Assembly (NCBI GenBank): GCA_964599365.1
Contig: CAZRFL010000007.1
Location: forward strand, 12,909-76,908
Length of the DNA stretch: 64,000 nt
Direction: 5' to 3'
From: an uncultured Bacteroidales bacterium
GTDB lineage: Bacteria > Bacteroidota > Bacteroidia > Bacteroidales > CAIWKO01
The notes beneath the pieces were generated by a model. It had not been told where the DNA came from. It saw nothing but the letters and a program-made list of their open reading frames with translations, and made no database searches. Below, piece by piece: positions 20,402 through 29,978 of the stretch. Position 1 is the stretch's first letter. Each line of letters opens with the position of its first letter. The position numbers and the translations under genes are program-made.

Positions 20402-23326
20402 TTATCTCAACATCATTTTACACATTACCTCAACGGGATGCAGGGCTTTGCGGCCGGTGCCGTCTTTGATCTGGTGGCGGCAGGAGGTGCCCGGAGCCAC
20501 AATGAGTTGGTTCATGGGGGTCTTGCGGATGGCGCGAAACAACACCATTTCGCCTATCTTCATCGATATTTCGTAATGCTCTTTTTCGTAGCCAAAGGAG
20601 CCTGCCATACCGCAGCAGCCTGATTTGATCTCTACCACATGGCAGTTTTCGGGTATCTGCAGCATGTTTTTGGTGAAATCGGTTGAGGTGAGGGCTTTCT
20701 GATGGCAGTGTCCGTGGAGTTTTATGTGCATTTCTTTGGTCGAGAACGACTCTTTGCGGATTCGACCGGCCTGAAACTCGCGCATAAAAAACTCTTCGAA
20801 CATCATGCAGTGAGGGGCCATTTTTTCGGCTGCCTCCTGAAGTTCGGGCAGGGCCAGATCGGGATATTCGTCGCGGAAAGTGAGTATGGCCGAAGGTTCC
20901 AGCCCTATCAAAGGGGTTTCGGCGCTGATGATATCTTTAAGTGCCGCAATGTTGAAGTTGGCAATGAGTTTGGCTTTGCGCAACAGTCCTTTTGAAAGGA
21001 AAGCGCGGCCGCTTTCGGCGTGGGCCGGAATGATCACCTCATAGCCCAGGTTGGTCAGCAGTTTCACCACCCTGATACCAATGATGGAATCGTTATAATT
21101 GGTAAACTCGTCGTTAAACAGGTACACCCTTCCGTTGGGGAAGCTTTTCCCTTCAATTTTTTGGGTATATTTTGCGTACCAGGCAGTAAGGGTTTGCTTG
21201 TTCAGCAAGGGTATGCTGCGTTTGGGCGCAAATCCCAGCACCGATTTGATGAAGCCCGAAAACATGGGCGTCTTCGCGAAAAAGTTGAAAGCAGAAGGCC
21301 AGATGGCTCCCAGTTGGTTCACCCGGTTGATGTTGGCTATCATGCGGGTGCGCAGGCTTATGCCGTGCACATCGTAGTAATGCTGCAGAAATTCGGGCTT
21401 ATATTTGGCCATATCCACATTCGACGGGCATTCCGACTTACATCCCTTGCATGAGAGGCAGAGGTCCATCACCTCGTATATCTCCTTATGGTCGAAAGGG
21501 TTTTGTTTTTCGGAATTTGTCAGAAACTCGCGCAACACATTGGCACGGGCGCGGGTGGTGGTTTTTTCGTCGCCGGCTGCCATATAGCTGGGGCACATGG
21601 TGCCGCCGATGATGCTCGATTTGCGGCAATCGCCCGAGCCGTTGCATTTTTCCACAGCCCGCAAAATACCGTGATCTTTAGAGAAATCGAAAACGGTATC
21701 AATTTTCCTTACAGGCTTGCCCGGTTCAAACCTGAGCATGCTGTTCATGGGCGGGGTCTGGGTTATTTTGCCGGGATTGAAAATGCCGTTGGGGTCCCAG
21801 GTCTGCTTGATGTCCTGAAGCAGGGCGTAGTTGCGGTTGCCCACCATCATTGGGATGAATTCGCCGCGGAGGCGGCCGTCGCCATGCTCACCGCTCAGCG
21901 ATCCCTTATATTTTTTTACCAGTCGCGCCGTCTCCAGGGCCACAGTGTGGAACAATTCCACGCCTTTGGGGTCCTTGAGGTTCAGCACGGGCCTGATGTG
22001 CAACTCGCCGGTGGCAATGTGGGCGTAATACACCACGGGCAGGTTCAACTTGTCCAGTATGGCCTGCAGTTCTTCTATATAATCGGGCAGCACTTCGGGC
22101 GCTACAGCCGTATCTTCAATCACGGGCACGGGTTTGGCATCGCCGGGATAATTGCTCAGCACGCCGAGTCCTGCCTTGCGCAGTTCCCACACCTTTTTGA
22201 TGTCGCCGTCCTTCACCACAGGGAAATGGTAGCCAAAGCCGCTTTCCCTCATATCGGCTTCCATGGCCTTGCATTTGGCTTCTATCATGCCGGGCGCCTC
22301 TTCGGCAAACTCTACTATCAGCAAAGCACCGGGCTCGCCCTGAAGAAAGAAGCGGTTCTTCTTTTGGGTGATATTTTCTTTGGTAAGATCCAGTATAGCT
22401 TTGTCCATCAGCTCCACAGAGGTCGGCATATGCCGCAGTGCGATGAGGTTGGCCTGCAGGGCTTCTTTAACCGATTTCATGTGTACGCAAACCAGCACCT
22501 TATCTTTGGGAGGCAGGGGGACGAGGTTGAGTTTGATCTCGGTGATGAAAGCCAGGGTGCCTTCGGAGCCGGCAATCAGCTTGCAGAAGTTGAATTTCGA
22601 GCCTTTTTCGCTGAAAGGCTGGCAATCCATCAGCAGGTCTATGGCGTAGCCGGTATTGCGTCGTTCGAGTGTCCTGGCGGGATATTGTTCGGCAATCTCT
22701 TTCTGGTTATCCTTATCCGAAAGTATCTTATGGATGTTGCGGTAGATGTCGCCTTCCAGGCTGGGCAGGGTAAGCTTTTCCAGAAATTCTTCCTGGCTGA
22801 GTTCGCCGAAAGTGGCTTCGCTGCCGTCGCTCAGAATGGTTTTCAGCTCCATCACATGATCGCGCGTACTTCCGTAGATGAGCGAATGGGCCCCGCAGGA
22901 GTTGTTGCCCACCATGCCGCCCAACATACAACGGTTGGAAGTGGAGGTTTCGGGGCCAAAAAACAAACCCAGTTTTTCCATTTCCTTGTTCAGTTCGTCG
23001 AGCACCACGCCGGGTTCTACCGAAACCCAATGATTTAGTATGTTGAATTTGAGGATGGAGTTCATGTAGCGCGACACGTCTACCACCATGCCGTTACCTA
23101 CCACCTGTCCGGCCAACGAAGTTCCGGCGGTGCGGGGAATGAGGGGTATCTTGTTTTCCGAAGCAAAGCGGACTATCTTTTTGATGTCGTCGGCATTCTT
23201 CGGACGAGCTACGGCCAAAGGCTTTTCGCGGTAAGCGGAGGCATCGGTGGAATAAATGATCAACTGAAGGCTGTCCGTAAACAGGTCACCTTCCAAGGAA
23301 TTCTTCAAATTGAGCAAGTTATCCAC
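20402..23326 (-). CDS. YdiJ-like FAD-linked oxidase fused to Fe-S/CCG domains (probable D-2-hydroxyacid dehydrogenase)
   Basis: 974 aa. FAD-binding IPLIPRTAGTSLAGQVVG. Ferredoxin-type CNGSGDCRKS...CPSY and CLSCKGCKSECPSNVD. Cys-rich CCG-type SGCCGMAGSFGYE. The start codon at 23326 is GTG. Confidence 0.85.
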   Translation of the reverse strand: MDNLLNLKNSLEGDLFTDSLQLIIYSTDASAYREKPLAVARPKNADDIKKIVRFASENKIPLIPRTAGTSLAGQVVGNGMVVDVSRYMNSILKFNILNHWVSVEPGVVLDELNKEMEKLGLFFGPETSTSNRCMLGGMVGNNSCGAHSLIYGSTRDHVMELKTILSDGSEATFGELSQEEFLEKLTLPSLEGDIYRNIHKILSDKDNQKEIAEQYPARTLERRNTGYAIDLLMDCQPFSEKGSKFNFCKLIAGSEGTLAFITEIKLNLVPLPPKDKVLVCVHMKSVKEALQANLIALRHMPTSVELMDKAILDLTKENITQKKNRFFLQGEPGALLIVEFAEEAPGMIEAKCKAMEADMRESGFGYHFPVVKDGDIKKVWELRKAGLGVLSNYPGDAKPVPVIEDTAVAPEVLPDYIEELQAILDKLNLPVVYYAHIATGELHIRPVLNLKDPKGVELFHTVALETARLVKKYKGSLSGEHGDGRLRGEFIPMMVGNRNYALLQDIKQTWDPNGIFNPGKITQTPPMNSMLRFEPGKPVRKIDTVFDFSKDHGILRAVEKCNGSGDCRKSSIIGGTMCPSYMAAGDEKTTTRARANVLREFLTNSEKQNPFDHKEIYEVMDLCLSCKGCKSECPSNVDMAKYKPEFLQHYYDVHGISLRTRMIANINRVNQLGAIWPSAFNFFAKTPMFSGFIKSVLGFAPKRSIPLLNKQTLTAWYAKYTQKIEGKSFPNGRVYLFNDEFTNYNDSIIGIRVVKLLTNLGYEVIIPAHAESGRAFLSKGLLRKAKLIANFNIAALKDIISAETPLIGLEPSAILTFRDEYPDLALPELQEAAEKMAPHCMMFEEFFMREFQAGRIRKESFSTKEMHIKLHGHCHQKALTSTDFTKNMLQIPENCHVVEIKSGCCGMAGSFGYEKEHYEISMKIGEMVLFRAIRKTPMNQLIVAPGTSCRHQIKDGTGRKALHPVEVMCKMMLR

Positions 23327-23477
23327 CTCAGTCGCAATAATTGATTGGAAGTAAAATTACAAATTTATATGAAGTAGGATAAGGAATTGAAAATTATTCT
23401 AACCAAAGCCACCAAAGCCCCCAGACTTTCTGAAACACAAATATTTTTTATCATTGGTGAACGGTTAAAAACATTTC

Positions 23478-23617
23478 GTCCCATACGGGACTTGTATTTA
23501 ATCGGTACCTTTTTTCTACCAATATCAGATCCCTACGGGATCATGTATTTTGATCATTCAATTGTCCCAGAGGGACATAATATTGGTAGAAATATTAACC
23601 ACCGTGAATTCTAAGCC
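23478..23617. repeat. Cluster of four mini-hairpins; two of them are bracketed by a 12-bp inverted repeat
   Basis: Hairpins: gtccc-atac-gggac (23478-23491), gatccc-tac-gggatc (23528-23542), gtccc-aga-gggac (23564-23576), gcccc-atc-ggggc (23605-23617). Inverted repeat: ttctaccaatat (23514-23525) / atattggtagaa (23580-23591). Confidence 0.85.
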
Positions 23618-23791
23618 CCATCGGGGCGAAATATCCAGGAAATACACAGCAATTATGAAATTCCGCGGTATTTTAATGTTTTTTACCGGCCAGAATGATT
23701 TTTTATCTGATCTTATGAATCTTCCTTTGAGATTCTTCGTGCCTCTGTGTCTTTGTGGCAATAAATTTCAGGACTTTTCAGAAAAGAATTT

Positions 23792-24601
23792 CTAATCTTT
23801 CTTGTAGAGGTTCGTACTCTGAAAGATCTTATCCGCTGATTTGGCAATAAAACCCGAATACAATTCTCCGTTTGCATCGGCATAGCGGCGGGCAAACTCG
23901 TAATAGCAGGAGGTCACTTCATGAGTCCCGTCGGTGAACTCCACCGGCTTGATGGCCGCCCTGATGCTCGATTGTTCCAGCAGTTCTTCGGGGGTTCCCT
24001 GAATCTCGCCTTCGGCATCGTTCATAAGAAAACCATGCGACTTGATGAATGCGTTCACTTTCTGTATGCTGTCGTATTTCTTCAGGTGGTTCACACTCAC
24101 GGTGAAATGGTTGGCCGTGAAACCGTTTACATAAAGCCAGGCGGCGTATTCGGTCTCGGCACGCAACTTTTCGTACACTTCAAAAGAAGGCCGGCACCAC
24201 ATGTTTCCCGAAAAAATCAACTCCTCCGAATGCATAAGTGGTGTAGGTATTTTATCAATGCAATCCTTTACAATTGCCTGCAGTTCGCTGCTAAAATCGG
24301 CAGTTTTTAATTCGCTGATGAATACACGGGGCATGTCTTTTTCGGTGGCATGCTCAAAATGTTTGGCAAAGAGATGTTTCTTTTCGAATACATATTGTCC
24401 TTTTTCAACGTATCCTGCGCGTAGAAATACTTTGGAGAGTACATCCACATTGATGCGTGCGTCGTCGAAGGTACGGAAAGCTATATGGTCGTTCACTACC
24501 GTTTCGCCTTCGGCAACAAAGAGGTCGTAAACTTTTTTAACATCGGGGTTTTGCGAAGTATAATCTTCCCAAAGTCGTGAAAATATAAGGTTGGTGGTCA
24601 T
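23792..24601 (-). CDS. DUF1338-family protein (HglS/YdcJ-like 2-oxoadipate dioxygenase/decarboxylase family)
   Basis: Contains LFSRLWEDYTSQNPDVKKVYDLF...VVNDHIAFRTFDD...YVNGFTANHFTVSVN, which matches the DUF1338 pattern as I know it. I prefer the ATG at 24601; the track ORF extends to 24634. Confidence 0.75.
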   Translation of the reverse strand: MTTNLIFSRLWEDYTSQNPDVKKVYDLFVAEGETVVNDHIAFRTFDDARINVDVLSKVFLRAGYVEKGQYVFEKKHLFAKHFEHATEKDMPRVFISELKTADFSSELQAIVKDCIDKIPTPLMHSEELIFSGNMWCRPSFEVYEKLRAETEYAAWLYVNGFTANHFTVSVNHLKKYDSIQKVNAFIKSHGFLMNDAEGEIQGTPEELLEQSSIRAAIKPVEFTDGTHEVTSCYYEFARRYADANGELYSGFIAKSADKIFQSTNLYKKD

Positions 24602-24685
24602 GAGGTTGTTATTTTTACTGATTCCTGATAACAAAATTACTCTTTCTTTTCCGATAAAGAAAGAATTTTCATATCCGAATATATC

Positions 24686-26377
24686 TTAGGCTTCAGCCCA
24701 ATCACCGTTCTCTTTTATAAGGGATATCAGTTCGTTAAGAGCAACAGCTTCGTCAATATTTTTGCGGATAAGATTTTTTCCCTGGTAGAGGTTCACCTTT
24801 CCGGCCCCCGAGCCTACATAGCCATAGTCGGCGTCGGCCATTTCGCCGGGACCGTTCACTATGCAGCCCATAACGGCTATCTTCAGATGTTTCAGGTGAG
24901 ATAACTTTTCAGAGATGTTTTTCAGGGTGCCTTCCACGTTATACGAAGTGCGTCCGCAGGTGGGGCAGGCAATAAAATCGGCCTTCACACGACGCAGACC
25001 CAGAGCCTGAAGAATGGAGAACATAATTTCGGGAAGTTTGTCCTGATGCAAAGGAGCATCCAGGCAAATACCATTAAGCAAACCATCGGTGAGGAAGAAG
25101 GCAAACTCTGCGGAAGCCATTACGATTAGTTTCTCTTCGTCTGCTTCATCGTACTTTTTGTAGAGGACCACAGGTTGTTTGACGCCCTCTTCTTTTATCG
25201 AAAATAATATATTTCTTGCTAAGTGAGTATCTTTCTCAAAGTCATAGTCAAGCAACATTACCTGATTCCCTTTATCATAGGGTTTGTTGAAAATGAATGT
25301 TCGGTGATATTGATTTACTAACGGTATCTTTTCAGCATTATGCGTTTTTACGAAATATTTCTTCTCCGGATCCAGATAATAATCAGGTGAAAATCTGACC
25401 TTGTCATGCTTTGGCTTAAAACTGCTGACAATAACGGGGGGATAATTTCCGCCTATATTGCCCACCGCATAAGTTTCCGTTTTATTAAAGCTATAAGCGT
25501 GGTGAAAGTTATCGCCGGGCAGCTTTCTGTATTTGGCAAATTCATCGCACAACATGCGGGCCACCGGAATTTCCTTCACAGGGTCTTCGGTAAGCGAAAC
25601 ACGAATGGTATCTCCCAGTCCTTCCATCAATAGCTCTCCTATTCCGGCTGCCGATTTGATACGGGCATCCATGCCGGCTCCTGCTTCGGTAACGCCCAAA
25701 TGCAGAGGATAATCATAACCCTTTTCCACCATGCGGGCGGCCAGCAGACGATACGAATAGATCATGGTCTTCACATTGCTCGATTTCATGGAAAGCACCA
25801 GATTATGGAAGCCTTCGGCCGCAAACATCTCAATATATTCCAAAGCCGAAGCCACCATGCCGTCGGGCGTATCTCCATAACGTGCCGTGATGCGTTCCGA
25901 CAAAGAACCATGGTTCACCCCCACGCGAATGGCAGTTCCGTGTTCTTTGCAGATAAGTATAAGGGGTAGCAAACGAAGTCTTATCTTTTCGAGTTCTTCG
26001 CGGTACTCGCTTTCGGTATATTCGGTCTTACCTTGTCCGGCTTTACTTTTGTCTACATAGTTTCCGGGATTGATCCTTACCTTTTCCACAATACGGGCGG
26101 CCACTTCAGCAGCCTCGGGCTGAAAATGTATGTCGGCAATCAGGGGAACCTCGCAGCCTTGCCGGTATAATTCTTCCTTGATGTGGCGGAGGTTTTCGGC
26201 TTCGGCTTTATTACGGGCTGTGATGCGAACCATTTCGCAGCCGGCAGCCACCAGTTGCAACACTTGTTTCACGGTGGCCTGAGTATCCATGGTGTTGGTA
26301 TTGGTCATGGATTGTATCCTGACGGGATGGGTTCCGCCGAGTGCCAGCTTGCCTATATGTATTTCGCGTGTCAGCAT
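24686..26377 (-). CDS. ispG: 4-hydroxy-3-methylbut-2-en-1-yl diphosphate synthase (long form with inserted domain)
   Basis: 563 aa. Contains GGTHPVRIQSMTNT...MVRITA, RVGVNHGSL, and C-terminal CPTCGRT...GCIVNGPGE. Confidence 0.93.
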   Translation of the reverse strand: MLTREIHIGKLALGGTHPVRIQSMTNTNTMDTQATVKQVLQLVAAGCEMVRITARNKAEAENLRHIKEELYRQGCEVPLIADIHFQPEAAEVAARIVEKVRINPGNYVDKSKAGQGKTEYTESEYREELEKIRLRLLPLILICKEHGTAIRVGVNHGSLSERITARYGDTPDGMVASALEYIEMFAAEGFHNLVLSMKSSNVKTMIYSYRLLAARMVEKGYDYPLHLGVTEAGAGMDARIKSAAGIGELLMEGLGDTIRVSLTEDPVKEIPVARMLCDEFAKYRKLPGDNFHHAYSFNKTETYAVGNIGGNYPPVIVSSFKPKHDKVRFSPDYYLDPEKKYFVKTHNAEKIPLVNQYHRTFIFNKPYDKGNQVMLLDYDFEKDTHLARNILFSIKEEGVKQPVVLYKKYDEADEEKLIVMASAEFAFFLTDGLLNGICLDAPLHQDKLPEIMFSILQALGLRRVKADFIACPTCGRTSYNVEGTLKNISEKLSHLKHLKIAVMGCIVNGPGEMADADYGYVGSGAGKVNLYQGKNLIRKNIDEAVALNELISLIKENGDWAEA

Positions 26378-26497
26378 TATGGTTTAAATTTAAAGTGACA
26401 TAAATAATGCACAAACAAAATTAAGTATTTTTTAATGACTTACTGAATGTAACAAGAAATTTCAGTTCCCTGCAAAGACGTGCCTTCCTGAGGTTGT

Positions 26498-27904
26498 TTA
26501 AACAGCAGTGATTTTTTTGTTTCGGGCCATGGAAGCAAAAACACCAATGGTGCAAAGTACTGCAAACAAAATGAACGACACATGCAGGCTTTGCATGAAT
26601 TCGTGCCGGTGTTCAGGTATGTGGGTGGCCTCACCTATATAGAGGTGAATGATGAGGGTAGCGATACCCATACTCAATACCTGCCCTGTCAGTCTCATGG
26701 TGCCAACCGTAGCAGAAACTATGCCGAGATAACGTTTATCCACGGCACTCATAATAGAATTGGTGTTGGGCGATGAAAATATTCCGAAGCCCGCCCCGAG
26801 AATCACGAGGCAAACAATTAGGAAAGCATTGGGCGAGGAAGCATCAAGAAAGGTCAGCAAAAACAGTCCCACCACGATGATTCCCATGCCAATGGACGAG
26901 AGCAGGTTTGAGTTGTACTTATCAGACATGCGTCCCGAAAAGGAAGCAAACAGCGTCATCACCAGGGGTTGGGCGATCAACAGCATACCGGCATCGCGGG
27001 GCGATAGGCCTTTGACATATTGCAAATACAAACTCAGCAGAAAGCCAATGGCAAAGGTGGCAGCATAGTTAATTAGAGCGGCAAGATTCGAGAAAGCAAA
27101 TACCCGGTTGCCTCTGAACAGTTGAATATTCAACACAGGAAAGGGAGTTTTCAGTTCGACCATCACAAACCAAACCATGCCCAGCACTCCCACTGCTGTA
27201 AAAGCAATTGCCAAGGGGTCGGGGAGTTTGGTGAACCCGAACATCAGCATGCTCATGAACACCATGTAGATGAGCGAGCCCTTATAATCGAATTTCTCGC
27301 CTTTGGCATCGGCCCATTCTGTTTTTTTTAGAAATACCAATATCATGATGATCACGAATATCCCGAAGGGAATGGTGATATAGAACAAACTGCGCCAGCC
27401 CAGATATTGCGTCAGTATGCCTCCCAGAAAAGGTGCGGCAGACAATCCCAAATACACCGCCGAAACATTGATGCCTATAGCTTTTCCTCTTTCGTGAGGT
27501 GGAAAGGCAGAAGTGATCAAAGCCATTCCTGTACCAAACATCATGGCGCCGCCCAACCCTTGTATCACGCGGGCGCTTAAAAGCATGGGAGTGGAAACGG
27601 ATACGGCAGACAATAGAGAACCTAGGGTTACGATAATGTTTCCCAAAAGGAATATCCTTTTGCGGCCGGCCATATCGGCTATCTTGCCAAAGGGCACCAA
27701 AAATACTGCCGACGATAACAAAAAGGTCATACCTACCCAACTCATGGTGATGGCGTTCATGCTGAATTCTTCGGCAATTTTCGGCAAAGCAATGTTGACA
27801 GCCGCCCCCAGAAAAGGGTTGATGAAAGAGGTTACTATAACCAGCAGCAGTATGATGTTCTTTTTATTGGCAGCCACAGGAGCATCCATAACAGGGTTTG
27901 ACAT
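26498..27904 (-). CDS. MFS transporter, DHA2 (14-TM drug/metabolite:H+ antiporter)-like
   Basis: 468 aa, ~14 TM. Contains GKIADMAGRKRIFLLG and typical MFS loops. Its ATG lies 2 nt after the stop of the upstream GGDEF gene. Confidence 0.8.
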   Translation of the reverse strand: MSNPVMDAPVAANKKNIILLLVIVTSFINPFLGAAVNIALPKIAEEFSMNAITMSWVGMTFLLSSAVFLVPFGKIADMAGRKRIFLLGNIIVTLGSLLSAVSVSTPMLLSARVIQGLGGAMMFGTGMALITSAFPPHERGKAIGINVSAVYLGLSAAPFLGGILTQYLGWRSLFYITIPFGIFVIIMILVFLKKTEWADAKGEKFDYKGSLIYMVFMSMLMFGFTKLPDPLAIAFTAVGVLGMVWFVMVELKTPFPVLNIQLFRGNRVFAFSNLAALINYAATFAIGFLLSLYLQYVKGLSPRDAGMLLIAQPLVMTLFASFSGRMSDKYNSNLLSSIGMGIIVVGLFLLTFLDASSPNAFLIVCLVILGAGFGIFSSPNTNSIMSAVDKRYLGIVSATVGTMRLTGQVLSMGIATLIIHLYIGEATHIPEHRHEFMQSLHVSFILFAVLCTIGVFASMARNKKITAV

Positions 27905-27906
27905 TT

Positions 27907-28482
27907 TCAGATTTGTTTCAGTTTTTTGTTTTCTTTCAATGCCTGTTCCGCTTTTTCAAGCAAGGTCTCCACGCTGTCTTTTCCCTTTTCAAAAGCTGCC
28001 ACTCCGAATGAAAAAGTAAGGGTGTATTCCATTTTGTGAGTCTCATTTTTATGGATATGGCTTTTGCTTTTCTCAGCAATGCCATTCAGCTTTTCTATCG
28101 TCTCCGCCACAGGGTAAGGCAATATCAGGATAAATTCATCTCCCAACCGGAACCTTGCAAGAAAAGCATTCTCGGGTAATTCTCCTTTTAGAGATTCAAC
28201 AAAGTCTTGAAGCACCTTGTCTCCTAAAGCATAGCTGTGATTATTAAATCTCCTGAACCCATCAATGTCCAGAATGGCAATAGAAAAGTCAGTGTCTTTC
28301 TGCTTATGGATGCGTAAGGTTTTGTTCAGCTTCCTTCGAAAACTTCTATAGTTGGGTAAAGAGGTCAGCTCGTCTGTTTCCGAAAGCCGGAAATAATACT
28401 TCAGCTTGGTAACCAATAGCAGTATGATTGCCAGCAAGGCGACCAGGGCGGGGATGATAAATAATGAATGCTGACAACACAT
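27907..28482 (-). CDS. Single-TM protein with a degenerate GGDEF domain
   Basis: 191 aa with an N-terminal TM. Contains DELTSLPNYRSF, FSIAILDIDGFRRFNNHSYALGDKVL, and ARFRLGDEFILIL. The signature reads LGDEF rather than GGDEF, and NNHSY replaces the usual NDxxGH. Confidence 0.75.
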   Translation of the reverse strand: MCCQHSLFIIPALVALLAIILLLVTKLKYYFRLSETDELTSLPNYRSFRRKLNKTLRIHKQKDTDFSIAILDIDGFRRFNNHSYALGDKVLQDFVESLKGELPENAFLARFRLGDEFILILPYPVAETIEKLNGIAEKSKSHIHKNETHKMEYTLTFSFGVAAFEKGKDSVETLLEKAEQALKENKKLKQI

Positions 28483-28553
28483 ACTATGGTTTTTTCAGGG
28501 ATAAGGCTTAGGCCATGTAAAATGCAGGCTTCCCTTTAGGAGGCCCGTGAAAC

Positions 28554-29978
28554 TTATTTATTTCTTTTTCTCAAAGGATATTCTTTTTTCTGCAGATAGT
28601 CGTAGCGCAGATTGCGTCCCGGCTGATAACACAATGCCATGATAGAATCCTGTGATTCTTTTATGGTGCTGTATTCAGCAAAATCAAGAGTACGTATGAT
28701 GGCTTCGAACACCCTGATGGCTCCCGAATGGTCGCATATAAGGATGCGTTTGCCCAGGTTGCGGTTCAGCAGGTCTACAAAGCTGAAAGCGATTCTCCAG
28801 TCGGCTTCAATCAGTGTCTCGCCTTCGGGATAATGATAAAAACGGTTCTTGAATATTTTGGACACCTTGGCTTTCACATCAGGTGTGATCTCTTTGCCAC
28901 CGCTGTATATTTTGGTGGCCTCTTCAATGATCTCATTTTTGTAGCGGAAGGTCAATGCGCCGTACTTCTGCGAATTCAATCCAAAGACCGCATTGAACGA
29001 CATATTGGTATAGCCTGCTTCCTGAAGGAAGTAACGTGCGGTTTGTTCAGTGTTCTCCGATTCGCTTCCGTAAACCATAATGGGAGCGTCTTTCGACCAT
29101 AGCCACATAGGATATCCGCTTTTGTCCAGCACATCCACAGCCATTTTAAAGTCTTTACCCAATTCTTTGGCAGTGACAATGCCTTCTTCTTTCAGGAAGT
29201 TGCTTTGCGAACCCGAAATACGACGGTTTTTATCCCAGGTGTCCCAATAACCCGAACCAACAAATTCCGGGTTATCTCCACCCGATTCGTGTATGGATTT
29301 ACCATGGCGTATCATGATCAAATGGGTTTGGTTCATGGGCACATAAGCCTGTGGAAACATAGGGATGGCTTTTTCGTTGGGCAGCCAGACGATGGATTCA
29401 TTCATAATGAGGCCGCTGCCGTCTTCCAGCATTCTTCCCGAAGTACGTCTGCTGCCGTCGGGGTTGGTGGCCATATCGTCGGCCAGTATCAGCTTCGAGC
29501 GATAACGGGTCATGGTCGAACCTATGGGGGGAATGTTCTGAGGACATAAATTGTCGCTGAATTTGCTTATGCTGAAAGTCTTCAAAAGCAAACGGCGGAA
29601 GCTGTCGTTTTTGATCAGGCCGTTCCATGCCAGATAAAAGAGCGTTTGATCGGCATTGGGTATACGGTGTTTGATGAATTGGTATTTGCTTTTGATATAG
29701 TTCTGAGGCGACATGTCCTTCTCCAGGGTATCGATAAAGAAATAAACATCCTTACTGATGACCTTCAATTTGTGAACAAAATCGTTGGTAACATCAGCTT
29801 CGCTGAGTTTGATCTTGTCGCCGTATACCAGCTTCAAAAAAGCCACGTCTTGTTTAACACTTTCGAGGGTATGACAATTATGAAATTCGGAATGTTCGCG
29901 GCGCGATATCCCGCTATATGGCTTTACTTCTGGCTTGTTTTCGGCTTTTTCCTGTTTGTCTTTTGCGTTTTCTTTCAT
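28554..29978 (-). CDS. Histidine-phosphatase-superfamily protein with an unknown ~230-aa N-terminal domain
   Basis: 474 aa. Contains LIMIRHGKS (RHG motif), SESENTEQTA, YPEGETL, and ICDHSGAIR (the second catalytic His context). Confidence 0.65.
   Translation of the reverse strand: MKENAKDKQEKAENKPEVKPYSGISRREHSEFHNCHTLESVKQDVAFLKLVYGDKIKLSEADVTNDFVHKLKVISKDVYFFIDTLEKDMSPQNYIKSKYQFIKHRIPNADQTLFYLAWNGLIKNDSFRRLLLKTFSISKFSDNLCPQNIPPIGSTMTRYRSKLILADDMATNPDGSRRTSGRMLEDGSGLIMNESIVWLPNEKAIPMFPQAYVPMNQTHLIMIRHGKSIHESGGDNPEFVGSGYWDTWDKNRRISGSQSNFLKEEGIVTAKELGKDFKMAVDVLDKSGYPMWLWSKDAPIMVYGSESENTEQTARYFLQEAGYTNMSFNAVFGLNSQKYGALTFRYKNEIIEEATKIYSGGKEITPDVKAKVSKIFKNRFYHYPEGETLIEADWRIAFSFVDLLNRNLGKRILICDHSGAIRVFEAIIRTLDFAEYSTIKESQDSIMALCYQPGRNLRYDYLQKKEYPLRKRNK

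Noticed and set aside
21488-23038. 516-aa ORF on the plus strand
   Set aside because: It lies entirely antisense to the 974-aa YdiJ-like gene, whose translation carries clear FAD, Fe-S and CCG motifs. The plus-strand product is Gly/Ala/His/Phe-rich with no motifs, as expected for a shadow ORF in GC-richer coding DNA.
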